From: Candidatus Delongbacteria bacterium
GTDB lineage: Bacteria > UBA4055
Length of the DNA stretch: 40,302 nt
Direction of reading: 5' to 3'
Assembly: GCA_016937995.1 (NCBI GenBank)
Contig: JAFGVM010000071.1
Location: 1-40,302 of the forward strand
In this document: piece after piece, positions 1-8,487 of the stretch
How the letters are laid out: each line of letters begins with the position of its first letter
How positions within the stretch are numbered: position 1 is the stretch's first letter
The notes under the pieces: model-generated
What the model was told of the DNA's origin: nothing
Databases searched by the model: none
The model's input: only the letters and a program-made list of their open reading frames with translations
Position numbers and translations under genes: made by a program

Positions 1-11
1 ATTTATCGCAT

Positions 12-37
12 AAAAAAAGGGAGTGAACACTCCCTTT
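12..37 (-). terminator. Rho-independent terminator of the DUF6754 operon
   Basis: Minus strand AAAGGGAGTG-TT-CACTCCC-TTTTTTT, about 20 nt after the stop of 58..810. Confidence 0.85.
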
Positions 38-57
38 AAAAAATATCAGATCATAAT

Positions 58-810
58 TTATAAAACACCCTCATCATTGAATTCGCGTTCCTTGTGGAAG
101 AATTTGAAATAAACTATCAGGAATACTACAATAACAGCCGATGATACTATAGATTCGTACGGATGATCTACAAGTAGAATAGATCTATCAATGAACAATG
201 ATACTCTTCCCATAACAGTTGAACCGAATGCCGCACCAAAGAAGATCATCATTATCAAAATACCTACCCTTGCTGTTTTTCCAAGTAATCCTCTGTGAGG
301 CTTTGAGAAAAAGAAATACATCAAAGCTGAAAAAGTACCGAATACTAATACGATCCATTTTGAAGTCTCATAAAAAGTTCCCTGATTAACGTTCTCCATA
401 AGACTTGTACTCTGCATAAGTATGTTCTGTACCTGAATAGGTATCTGCATACCTGCCATATATCCGAAAATGAATCCGAAATAGTAATTTGCGACCCAGG
501 CTTTTTTTCTACTGAATCTGAAAAGCATTGTAGAAGCAAGAAGTAACCAGAAAATGATCGTAAGATCAGATAAATGGAACTCTACGAACATATCTGTTAA
601 CGGCATAATGAAAAAAGGTTTTACACTTATATGCCACAGTAATGTCCAGAAATATCCTAACGATATACCAATAAAGATATTTTCACCAATTTTAAATAAT
701 GGATTGTCTCTATACAAAAATGACATTATCATAAGAGTAGCTATAACAGGCACCCAGTTCGTAAAAAAATCATTTAAAAAGATTGCATCCAAAAATGTAT
801 TCAAGTCCAT
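58..810 (-). CDS. Polytopic membrane protein (about 7 TM), 4th gene of DUF6754 operon
   Basis: 250 aa, alternating hydrophobic helices and basic loops (RDNPLFK, RFSRKK, KPHRGLLGKTAR); GGAGG RBS; ATG overlaps the upstream TAA. Confidence 0.85.
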   Translation of the reverse strand: MDLNTFLDAIFLNDFFTNWVPVIATLMIMSFLYRDNPLFKIGENIFIGISLGYFWTLLWHISVKPFFIMPLTDMFVEFHLSDLTIIFWLLLASTMLFRFSRKKAWVANYYFGFIFGYMAGMQIPIQVQNILMQSTSLMENVNQGTFYETSKWIVLVFGTFSALMYFFFSKPHRGLLGKTARVGILIMMIFFGAAFGSTVMGRVSLFIDRSILLVDHPYESIVSSAVIVVFLIVYFKFFHKEREFNDEGVL

Positions 811-1649
811 TACTTACCTCCTTTCTTACGTTCTATGAAATAAACAATATTACCTATCAGAACGAGTCCGAATATGACCAAATGTGAAAATGTTAAGGAC
901 GACAATCCTTTTGTTGCACTTCCGTAATAGTCAACTTTATATTTTTCTGAAACTAACTTCTCATATTCAGCTGCACCTCTAAGTCCGTTACTTAATCCAA
1001 CAAGCTGTCCTGTTTGATAGTAAGGAATAAAGTCAGGACCAAGCACCGCTGTAACAGCAAGAGCAAATTTGTAATGAAACCTGATCTGCATATCAATGAA
1101 AGCCTGATGCCAGCCCGAACCGGTAAGACCCAGCATAAAATCAATATCCTCCAAAGTTTCAACTCCTTCAAATATCTTTCCTTCTTTCTTGAATGTCCCT
1201 TTATAATCTGAGACCATACTGAATATCTGAATATTAGGCATAATAGGGATATAGTCCATATGTATGTAATCTACTCCTTCCTCCAAATTCCTGAATTCTT
1301 CCATGTTCATTATTTTTTTAACTGTCTCTTTTCCAAGTCCCATTCCGTTAACTGACGCACCATAATAAATAAATACTTTTAGTTTCTTGATCAAACAATG
1401 CTTATAAAAAGCTTCAAAAAATGGTAAAAGTTCAGCTTTTTGTGTTGGTGTGAATGCAAAATCTATATGTACGGCATCTCCTTCTTTCAAGGCTTCTATC
1501 TCATCAAAGATGGCTTTTGTTTCTTTCGAAGCTGAGACCGGGAATTTAAGAAAATCAAATCCTGGAATCAGAGGAATAATGATCGACAGAAACACCAAAA
1601 GATATATAATCCTTCTGTCGAGATTTTTAAGTTTTTCTAATATGTTCAT
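810..1649 (-). CDS. Two-TM membrane protein with alpha/beta soluble domain, 3rd gene of DUF6754 operon
   Basis: 279 aa; N-terminal TM after DRR, C-terminal TM before RKKGGK; motif PYYQTGQLVGLSNGLRGAAEYE. Confidence 0.85.
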   Translation of the reverse strand: MNILEKLKNLDRRIIYLLVFLSIIIPLIPGFDFLKFPVSASKETKAIFDEIEALKEGDAVHIDFAFTPTQKAELLPFFEAFYKHCLIKKLKVFIYYGASVNGMGLGKETVKKIMNMEEFRNLEEGVDYIHMDYIPIMPNIQIFSMVSDYKGTFKKEGKIFEGVETLEDIDFMLGLTGSGWHQAFIDMQIRFHYKFALAVTAVLGPDFIPYYQTGQLVGLSNGLRGAAEYEKLVSEKYKVDYYGSATKGLSSLTFSHLVIFGLVLIGNIVYFIERKKGGK

Positions 1650-1677
1650 ATTTCAACCTTTATTATTTTCTTTTATT

Positions 1678-2292
1678 TTATTCAGACAAGTGTGATCTTT
1701 CAAGACCAAAGAATATTCTTATCATCATAGTTATCATACCAAGATAACCTCCAAAGATGATCGCTCTTCTTCCTGCACTTGAAGGAGCATCCATGATCCA
1801 TTCACCTATCACAGGTATCTTATCCCACATTGCTTCACCCAGAGTAATCTTACTTAGCATCACGAACACAGAAGCAATAAGCAACACTGCTGATTCAAGA
1901 GATTTAGCTTTAAATGATCTGTAAGCTGCTGATGCTATGTAAAAAGCAAGTAATGCAAATACTGTTGCCTGGAAAGGAATGTATACATTGAAGAACATTG
2001 AACTGAAAGGTGTTCCGGCCGCTGTTCCTCTTTGAACACCAAGGAATATCATAAGAATTATCATTGATACTCTCAGAATAGAGTAGTACCTTTCATTGTT
2101 GTACTTTATTTTATAGTAATTCTGTCTTACAACAGAATATGCAGCGATCATTATTCCTACTACACCACCGATTTTCAATCCGTTGGAAAAAAATATCTTA
2201 AGATTATCAAAGAACATCCCTGCAAAGAAGAACTCCAGATACCATAAGCTGGCAGCAATAAGTCCTAATAAAATTGGTATTTCTTTTTTCAT
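1678..2292 (-). CDS. Polytopic membrane protein (about 6 TM), 2nd gene of DUF6754 operon
   Basis: Start moved to ATG 2292 (MKKEIP) with AAGGA upstream, which removes the overlap with 2313..4178; 204 aa; motifs FALLAFYIASAAYRSF and GRRAIIFGGYLG. Confidence 0.85.
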   Translation of the reverse strand: MKKEIPILLGLIAASLWYLEFFFAGMFFDNLKIFFSNGLKIGGVVGIMIAAYSVVRQNYYKIKYNNERYYSILRVSMIILMIFLGVQRGTAAGTPFSSMFFNVYIPFQATVFALLAFYIASAAYRSFKAKSLESAVLLIASVFVMLSKITLGEAMWDKIPVIGEWIMDAPSSAGRRAIIFGGYLGMITMMIRIFFGLERSHLSE

Positions 2293-2312
2293 TTTATCAT
2301 TATCCTTTTTTA

Positions 2313-4178
2313 TTAATGTGTTGACAACAAGTCTCTTATAAACGTCCATTCTGGATTTAAAGTCAGTAATATAGTACTGATAACGAACAAACTACCAAAT
2401 ATCAGCTTTCCGTAATCAGAAAGTTTCAGATTTGATAAAATTTGGGCATCTCTTGAAAGATAAGCTGCAGCTGCATAAAGTTCCTCACCTATCAAAGTGT
2501 AATCACATGCAGTAATGAAGAATGGCAGCTGAGCAGCTGAAACAGTACCTGCGACCTGTATAGCTCCTGCTGCAAAACCAGCTTCTGATATCAGTAATGA
2601 CTCAGCGGCATAATAACCAAAGTGAAGTGCTGTAGCCGGTTTCTTTCTGGCAATTATACCTGATAGACCTGCTGCAAAAGCAAACTGGTCCTGTACAAGA
2701 AAAAAACAGTTATCTTTTTTATGATCTTCAGGATAACCTGCATCTAAAAAACCTGATGCTATCATTTCTTCTGCTATCTGAAGAACGATAGGGTCATAGG
2801 CAGGATAAATTATCTCAGCTTTAAATTCAGCGACTTTTTTTGCAACACTTCTCAGAATAAGCATACTTGCAATAGTCTGAGGCTCAGTGAATCCACCTAA
2901 TCCCGAGTCATATATAATGGGTTTACCCATTTCTGTTGCTCTTCCTACTGCTTCATCGATCGCATCCAGGCCGGGGATCCTTCTTATAAAGATCGAATCT
3001 TTCTTTTTTCTAACGGTGAGAAAAACATAAAAGAAAAGAATGAAGAACATAAATGTGAAAATCAAGACGTTAGTTCTGTATGTTCTAAAACCAGAATCGA
3101 CGTCAAATCTAAAATATTTTTTTGATGCAGAACCCAGGTCCTGGGCAAATTTAATTTTAAGTATATTTTTAAAGTATGTTTCAAATTCCGGATCATCATC
3201 AATTAATTTCTTAACCAGTTCATTGCCTACATCGTAAGTACCGTTAAAACTTCTGTACTGGTTAACTACTCCAAGTATTCTTGTAACCTCGGTAGAGTAA
3301 ACATTGTCTATCGTAACTGCTTTCGCATCGAGCCATTTTTCATGAAGTTCTTTTGATTTTAACTCATCATCTTCTTCTTCAGCTTTCTTTTTTGCCTGAT
3401 ATGTGGTCTCAATGTTAGTTGCGATCTCTTCGAGATACTTCTCTTTATTACCTCTAACATAATCTCCAAGTTTCTTTGAGAAAAGTTCAAGTTTTTCCTG
3501 TAAGTCATCATCAATGTAAAGGAAGTAGACCCTTTTATCTGTTACACGTGTAACTTCTGCGTAAATATTGTCAAGCATTTCATCGTAACCAATGGTATAT
3601 CTCATAAGAACCTTGTATGAGCTTTGTAATTTATCACCATAGTCCTTTATACCATTGTTATCAGCTGCTTCAAGTCTGATAAGATCGTCAATTGCAGTAA
3701 GTTGATCCTGCATTGGTTTAGAAAGATGACCTACAAGTGCCGGATTCTCAATTTCTCCGGCCAATTCTTTGTCTATCCATGATAAATTATTTTCGAGTAG
3801 ATTTCTCAGTGTTTCAGAAACACCGTTATCTTTCAATTCCAGAATTGCTACTCTGATCTTCTCAAGTTCTACTGCAGTAATTTTGTTAGGATCTTCTCCT
3901 GATTTGAAAAAATCTTCCATAAATCCTATAATCCGGGGAAGAAGAATATCATAATCTCGGGTTACATCCCATTCATCGCTGATCTTTGTAAATTCTTCGG
4001 CAACTTCTTTACAAAGCTTTTCTTCATCGCTAAGCTCTTTTACAGGCTCAGCAAAAACAGTTGAATCTGTTTCAGTTACTGATAAAGAATCCTGTTTACT
4101 TTCAGGTGCGGTGTCGATTTGTGCATACATATACAAGACGAGCATCAAAAGTATCAGGATTGATAAAGTCCTTTTCAT
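2313..4178 (-). CDS. DUF6754 domain protein with signal peptide and large helical extracytoplasmic region
   Basis: 621 aa; MKRTLSILILLMLVLYMYA signal peptide; TM near aa 370-390; motifs IRRIPGLDAIDEAVGRATEMGKP and LPFFITACDYTLIGEELYAAAAYL recognised as DUF6754. Confidence 0.8.
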   Translation of the reverse strand: MKRTLSILILLMLVLYMYAQIDTAPESKQDSLSVTETDSTVFAEPVKELSDEEKLCKEVAEEFTKISDEWDVTRDYDILLPRIIGFMEDFFKSGEDPNKITAVELEKIRVAILELKDNGVSETLRNLLENNLSWIDKELAGEIENPALVGHLSKPMQDQLTAIDDLIRLEAADNNGIKDYGDKLQSSYKVLMRYTIGYDEMLDNIYAEVTRVTDKRVYFLYIDDDLQEKLELFSKKLGDYVRGNKEKYLEEIATNIETTYQAKKKAEEEDDELKSKELHEKWLDAKAVTIDNVYSTEVTRILGVVNQYRSFNGTYDVGNELVKKLIDDDPEFETYFKNILKIKFAQDLGSASKKYFRFDVDSGFRTYRTNVLIFTFMFFILFFYVFLTVRKKKDSIFIRRIPGLDAIDEAVGRATEMGKPIIYDSGLGGFTEPQTIASMLILRSVAKKVAEFKAEIIYPAYDPIVLQIAEEMIASGFLDAGYPEDHKKDNCFFLVQDQFAFAAGLSGIIARKKPATALHFGYYAAESLLISEAGFAAGAIQVAGTVSAAQLPFFITACDYTLIGEELYAAAAYLSRDAQILSNLKLSDYGKLIFGSLFVISTILLTLNPEWTFIRDLLSTH

Positions 4179-4227
4179 AAAAGTCTTTTCCGTTTTTTAT
4201 TATTAATCATTTATCTTCAAGACAAGG

Positions 4228-4256
4228 ATATTAAGTAAATAAAAAAAAAATGTCAA
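4228..4256 (-). promoter_or_regulatory. Sigma70-type promoter of the DUF6754 operon
   Basis: Minus strand TTGACA (4256-4251), 17 nt spacer containing T10, TAATAT (4233-4228). Confidence 0.7.
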
Positions 4257-4303
4257 ACTAATAATTTAGTTCTTTATATGGGATTTTTTGCATTTCTGAG
4301 GTA

Positions 4304-5443
4304 TCAGTAGCTGTAAACTTTTACGATCATATTTGTATCATCATAAATCAGCAACTTATCATCAACAAATACTTTACTAAATTCATCCTCAGCTCTGTAA
4401 AAATCATTATCTTTATTAAAATTAACTGTGTTCAAAAAAACACCTGATTTAAATATGTCAACTACAAATTGGAACTGATCAGATTTTTCAGTTTTCCGTG
4501 CACTTTCAACCAGTAAATAACCATTTTTATCAATGTACAATTTTTTAATAGAATTTTTAAAGGTCATTTTATCAGTATCTATATTTGCTCTTCTGAATCT
4601 TCTTTCTGTGATCTCTTTCATGTAGGCAATTTCCTCATCACTGTATCTGATACGGGCAAAATTTTTCTTTATTGTTTCAATATGTTTTCCATCTGAATCG
4701 TAAACTTTTATGGAATATTTACTGTTACTCGTTTCGACAACATATACTTTTTCGTTATCAGTCGTGAATTCAATGATATGGTCCATCGGATTATAAGTTT
4801 CCCAGTCAAAATCAAAAGATTCAGAATAGAGTGAATGGAGAACGTTGAACTTCCTGTCAAAGATAGAAAGTTGAATAGTCATTACCCTTGCACCGCTGTT
4901 TCTAGAAACGTTGGATAACATACCTACAAACTTATCGTTATTAAATTTTGTGAACGATCTTGGAGTACCTGTATCTCTGGGCATCAAAATATCACTGATA
5001 TAATTACCGTCCGAATCAAATTTCAGAACTTTCCGTGCTCTCATATCAGAAACGTAGATAGTATCTTCCGAGATGACCATATCAGATGGACGGACCATCT
5101 CCCCTGGACCGTTACCTCTCTTCCCCATTGAAAGAATATATTCTCCTTTCGTATCGAACTTCTTTACAACTGACTTTCTTCTATCAAGGATATACAGATT
5201 CCCTTTACTGTCAGTTTTCACCATTGAAATATCATTCAGAACAACATTTGTGTCAGCGATATCTTCTTCATATTCACCAACTGAAAAAAGTTCTTTTGTG
5301 GTATATTTAAAATTTTTGTCAGATGGATTTGTATTCTTGTAAATTTTAACAGCATCAATACCTTTAGAAGAATTATCTTTTTTTGAGCAGCCGGCAAAAA
5401 CCAAGATCAAGCTTATTATAACAAAATAGAATATCTTTTTCAT
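4304..5443 (-). CDS. 6-bladed beta-propeller (NHL-like) lipoprotein
   Basis: Lipobox VFAGC; NHL-like blades DSKGNLYILD, GKRGNGPGEM, IYVSD; AAGGAG RBS. Confidence 0.8.
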   Translation of the reverse strand: MKKIFYFVIISLILVFAGCSKKDNSSKGIDAVKIYKNTNPSDKNFKYTTKELFSVGEYEEDIADTNVVLNDISMVKTDSKGNLYILDRRKSVVKKFDTKGEYILSMGKRGNGPGEMVRPSDMVISEDTIYVSDMRARKVLKFDSDGNYISDILMPRDTGTPRSFTKFNNDKFVGMLSNVSRNSGARVMTIQLSIFDRKFNVLHSLYSESFDFDWETYNPMDHIIEFTTDNEKVYVVETSNSKYSIKVYDSDGKHIETIKKNFARIRYSDEEIAYMKEITERRFRRANIDTDKMTFKNSIKKLYIDKNGYLLVESARKTEKSDQFQFVVDIFKSGVFLNTVNFNKDNDFYRAEDEFSKVFVDDKLLIYDDTNMIVKVYSY

Positions 5444-5537
5444 CTGAACATCTCCTTATATTACCAAAGTTAACGGAAAGTAATGAAAATTATTTCAAAT
5501 TTCTAATGATTAATATCAAATTATTATAAAAAAGCAC

Positions 5538-5568
5538 TTGCCAAGGTTTTTATTTTATTTTATATTTG
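5538..5568 (+). promoter_or_regulatory. Promoter of tRNA-Met
   Basis: TTGCCA-17 nt-TATATT(TG), 11-13 nt upstream of the tRNA. Confidence 0.65.
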
Positions 5569-5579
5569 CATCGGTTTAT

Positions 5580-5653
5580 GGCGGTATAGCTCAGTTGGTT
5601 AGAGCAGTGGAATCATAATCCACGTGTCCGCGGTTCAAATCCGTGTACCGCTA
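5580..5653 (+). tRNA. tRNA-Met (CAT), elongator type; CCA not encoded
   Basis: Acceptor GGCGGTA/TACCGCT, D arm GCTC/GAGC, anticodon stem GTGGA/TCCAC with loop ATCATAA, T arm CGCGG-TTCAAAT-CCGTG; lacks initiator GGG/CCC pairs. Ile2 not formally excluded. Confidence 0.93.
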
Positions 5654-5654
5654 C

Positions 5655-5684
5655 AAAAAAACTCCGATCTATCGGAGTTTTTTT
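5655..5684. terminator. Bidirectional terminator between tRNA-Met and the methyltransferase
   Basis: AAAAAAACTCCGAT-CT-ATCGGAGTTTTTTT, perfect inverted repeat with A and T tails. Confidence 0.85.
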
Positions 5685-6558
5685 ATTTCGTTAATTTGAG
5701 TACTACAAAAACTCTGTTTTGCATACCGAAAAGATCAGCTAAAAACCATAATAACGGTATTGAAAATCGTACAGCATATTTATTAAAAGTGCTTAAATAA
5801 GAGGTCTTTCCGATAATCTCTCTTATCGGTGAATTTATTTTTTCATTTAATTCTATCTCAAAACCGAGATCTTTCAAAATTTCAAATGTTTTCGAACTGA
5901 ACTTATGAATATGACCGTCTGGATTTACTCCATAGTAATTCAGTCTGTGACCGGTCAATTTATCTCCAAGCCTGGCAAATTTATGAATCAGACTGTTCTG
6001 AGTAGGAGTTTCAATTATCAATGAGCCTTCATTTCTTAGAATTCTCTTACACTCCAAAAGAAATTCTTTAGGATGAGGAAGATGTTCTATAAGATTAAAT
6101 GCAAAAATCATATCGAATGAGTTTTGATCATAAAAATTATCCAATGCTCCAAAACGTGATCTTATTTTTCTTTTGTTACAATATTCTACTGCATTATGGT
6201 TAATATCACAACCTTCAGCCTGTAATCCGAATTCCTCGCAAACGTCAAGAAAAAATCCCAATCCCGATCCCACATCGAGTATTTTCTTAATCTTGATATC
6301 AGGAATTAATTTTAGAATACCTGCAAGCTGCTTTCTAAATCTTTCCTTCTGAAAACTTTCCTCTTTAAGATAAACATCCTCTGCCCAGTATTCTGAATCA
6401 ATTGCTTTATCAAAATTTTGAGTGGTAAGTGGATCTGACCATAAAAGTTCACATTTAGGACACTGCAATATTTTGTATCTTGAACCTTTACCGTAAAAAA
6501 CACCTGTAAAACCTTCTCCACAGATGTCACAGTATTTCTGATTTTGATCATTGATCAT
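5683..6558 (-). CDS. Class I SAM-dependent methyltransferase with N-terminal Zn-ribbon
   Basis: CDIC...CPKC; motif I ILDVGSGLG; FNLIEHLPHP; IIETP. Confidence 0.88.
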   Translation of the reverse strand: MINDQNQKYCDICGEGFTGVFYGKGSRYKILQCPKCELLWSDPLTTQNFDKAIDSEYWAEDVYLKEESFQKERFRKQLAGILKLIPDIKIKKILDVGSGLGFFLDVCEEFGLQAEGCDINHNAVEYCNKRKIRSRFGALDNFYDQNSFDMIFAFNLIEHLPHPKEFLLECKRILRNEGSLIIETPTQNSLIHKFARLGDKLTGHRLNYYGVNPDGHIHKFSSKTFEILKDLGFEIELNEKINSPIREIIGKTSYLSTFNKYAVRFSIPLLWFLADLFGMQNRVFVVLKLTK

Positions 6559-6561
6559 TGA

Positions 6562-7764
6562 TTATTTCTTACCCAGTATCATGTGTCCCATCTTGTCACG
6601 TTTTGTTTTAAGATAGTGTTCATTCTCGACCTTACAGCCTACCTCAATAGGCACTCTTTCAACATTTTTCAAACCATAACCCTGTAAACCTACTAGTTTT
6701 TTAGGATTATTGGTCATAAGCCTTATGTTCTTAATTCCCAGATCAACAAGGATCTGAGCACCTATACCGTAATCCCTAAGATCTGCAGGAAAACCGAGTT
6801 CTTCGTTAGCTTCCACAGTATCAAGTCCATTGTCCTGTAAATGATATGCTTTTATCTTTGCTCTGAGGCCTATTCCTCTGCCTTCCTGACGCATATAAAC
6901 AAGAACTCCACGTCCTTCTTTGGATATCATTTCCAATGCTGCATGAAGCTGGTCACCACAGTCACATCTGCCGCTACCGAAAACATCTCCGGTAAGACAT
7001 TCTGAATGTACCCTGACCAGAACAGGTTCTTCAGTCTTAACATCTCCTTTGACCAAAGCTATATGCTCCTGATCATCTATTTTTGACAAATAGTATTTTA
7101 TCTTGAATTCTCCATACATAGTAGGAAGATCTGCAACAGTTTCACACTCAACGAGTTTTTCCCTTTGCCTGCGGTACTCAATAAGGTCCTGAATTGTCGC
7201 AAGTTTGATACCGTGTTTTTTTGCAAAGACCTTAAGTTCAGGCAATCGTGCCATTGAACCGTCTTCGTTCATTATCTCACAGATTACACCTGCAGGTTTT
7301 AATCCAGCCATTCTGGACAGGTCTACCGCTGCCTCTGTGTGGCCTGATCTTACGAGCACTCCTCCGTTCCTTGCGATCAAAGGGAACATATGACCCGGTT
7401 TTGCAAAATCAGATGGTTTTGAATTATCATCTATTAACGCATTGACTGATTTATACCTGTCGAAAGCAGAAATACCTGTTGTTGTACCGTGTATATAATC
7501 AACTGATATTGTAAAATTAGTATGCTTGGCATCAGTATTGTTATTTGTCATCAGTTCTAATTCTTTTTGCTTAGCGAGATCTTCAGTCACAGGCATACAA
7601 ATAAGACCTCTTGCATATTTGGTCATAAAATTTATAGTTTCAGGTGTAGCTAATTCTGCCGCCATTACCAGATCACCCTCGTTCTCTCTGTTTTCATCAT
7701 CAAGAAGTATGATCATTTTACCATGTTTTATGTCTTCAACTATGTCTTCAATTTTACTAAGCAT
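6562..7764 (-). CDS. ribBA: Bifunctional DHBP synthase / GTP cyclohydrolase II
   Basis: [41 protein letters not shown]. Confidence 0.97.
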   Translation of the reverse strand: MLSKIEDIVEDIKHGKMIILLDDENRENEGDLVMAAELATPETINFMTKYARGLICMPVTEDLAKQKELELMTNNNTDAKHTNFTISVDYIHGTTTGISAFDRYKSVNALIDDNSKPSDFAKPGHMFPLIARNGGVLVRSGHTEAAVDLSRMAGLKPAGVICEIMNEDGSMARLPELKVFAKKHGIKLATIQDLIEYRRQREKLVECETVADLPTMYGEFKIKYYLSKIDDQEHIALVKGDVKTEEPVLVRVHSECLTGDVFGSGRCDCGDQLHAALEMISKEGRGVLVYMRQEGRGIGLRAKIKAYHLQDNGLDTVEANEELGFPADLRDYGIGAQILVDLGIKNIRLMTNNPKKLVGLQGYGLKNVERVPIEVGCKVENEHYLKTKRDKMGHMILGKK

Positions 7765-7833
7765 TATTTATCCCTAATGTTTTTATTTTTTATACTTCAG
7801 ACCCTTTAATAAATTCAGGTGAACAATATTCTA

Positions 7834-7850
7834 CCTGGTCACTGGTCACT
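7834..7850 (-). repeat. Heptamer tandem repeat AGTGACC x2 after the ribE stop
   Basis: Sense strand TGA GAT AGTGACC AGTGACC AGG. Confidence 0.6.
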
Positions 7851-7853
7851 ATC

Positions 7854-8486
7854 TCAATACCCGAGTTCCGTTAAACGATCCATCGTTAATCCAGAGTCTT
7901 TATTTTTTAACATACTTTCTATATACCTTCCGATGATATCAGTTTCAATATTTAATTCAGTCCCGGTCTTCCAGTATTGAGCGGTAGTTCTTTTTAATGT
8001 GTGAGGGATTATAGCAAGTCTAAAATAATTATCATTCACTTCCGCAACCGTCAAACTTATACCGTCAATGCATACTGAACCTTTATGAACAATATATTTC
8101 TTCAGTTCTCCTGGATAATTTATCGTAAATTCTGTTCCAGTAATATTGTTGACTATCTTGGATATTTTTCCCTTCGCATCAACATGTCCCTGAACAATAT
8201 GCCCACCAAGTCTGTCTGAAACTCTCATCGCAGGTTCAAGATTTACTTTTTCCATCAATTTCAATTTATTCAGGGTTGTAAGGTTCAAACTTTCTTTCAC
8301 TGCCTGAACAGTAAAAGATCCTTTATCAACCGCAACAACTGTTAAACATACACCATTGACAGCTATTGAATCATCGATAGCAGCATCCTCGGTTACGATA
8401 GTGCTTCCTACAGTGATTTCTGCACCGTCACCGATGTTTTTGATGTTTTTGATATTCCCTATTTCTTTGATAAGACCAGTAAACAT
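7854..8486 (-). CDS. ribE: Riboflavin synthase (alpha chain)
   Basis: Canonical N-terminus MFTG at ATG 8486; SIAVNGVCLTV, RLGGHIVQGHVD, DGISLTV. Confidence 0.96.
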   Translation of the reverse strand: MFTGLIKEIGNIKNIKNIGDGAEITVGSTIVTEDAAIDDSIAVNGVCLTVVAVDKGSFTVQAVKESLNLTTLNKLKLMEKVNLEPAMRVSDRLGGHIVQGHVDAKGKISKIVNNITGTEFTINYPGELKKYIVHKGSVCIDGISLTVAEVNDNYFRLAIIPHTLKRTTAQYWKTGTELNIETDIIGRYIESMLKNKDSGLTMDRLTELGY

Positions 8487-8487
8487 A

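Noticed and set aside
5580-5700. tRNA-Met as an integration site for an island or prophage
   Set aside because: No integrase and no duplicated tRNA 3' end seen; flanking genes are housekeeping
7765-7853. FMN riboswitch upstream of ribBA
   Set aside because: Spacer is only 89 nt and lacks the conserved RFN motifs
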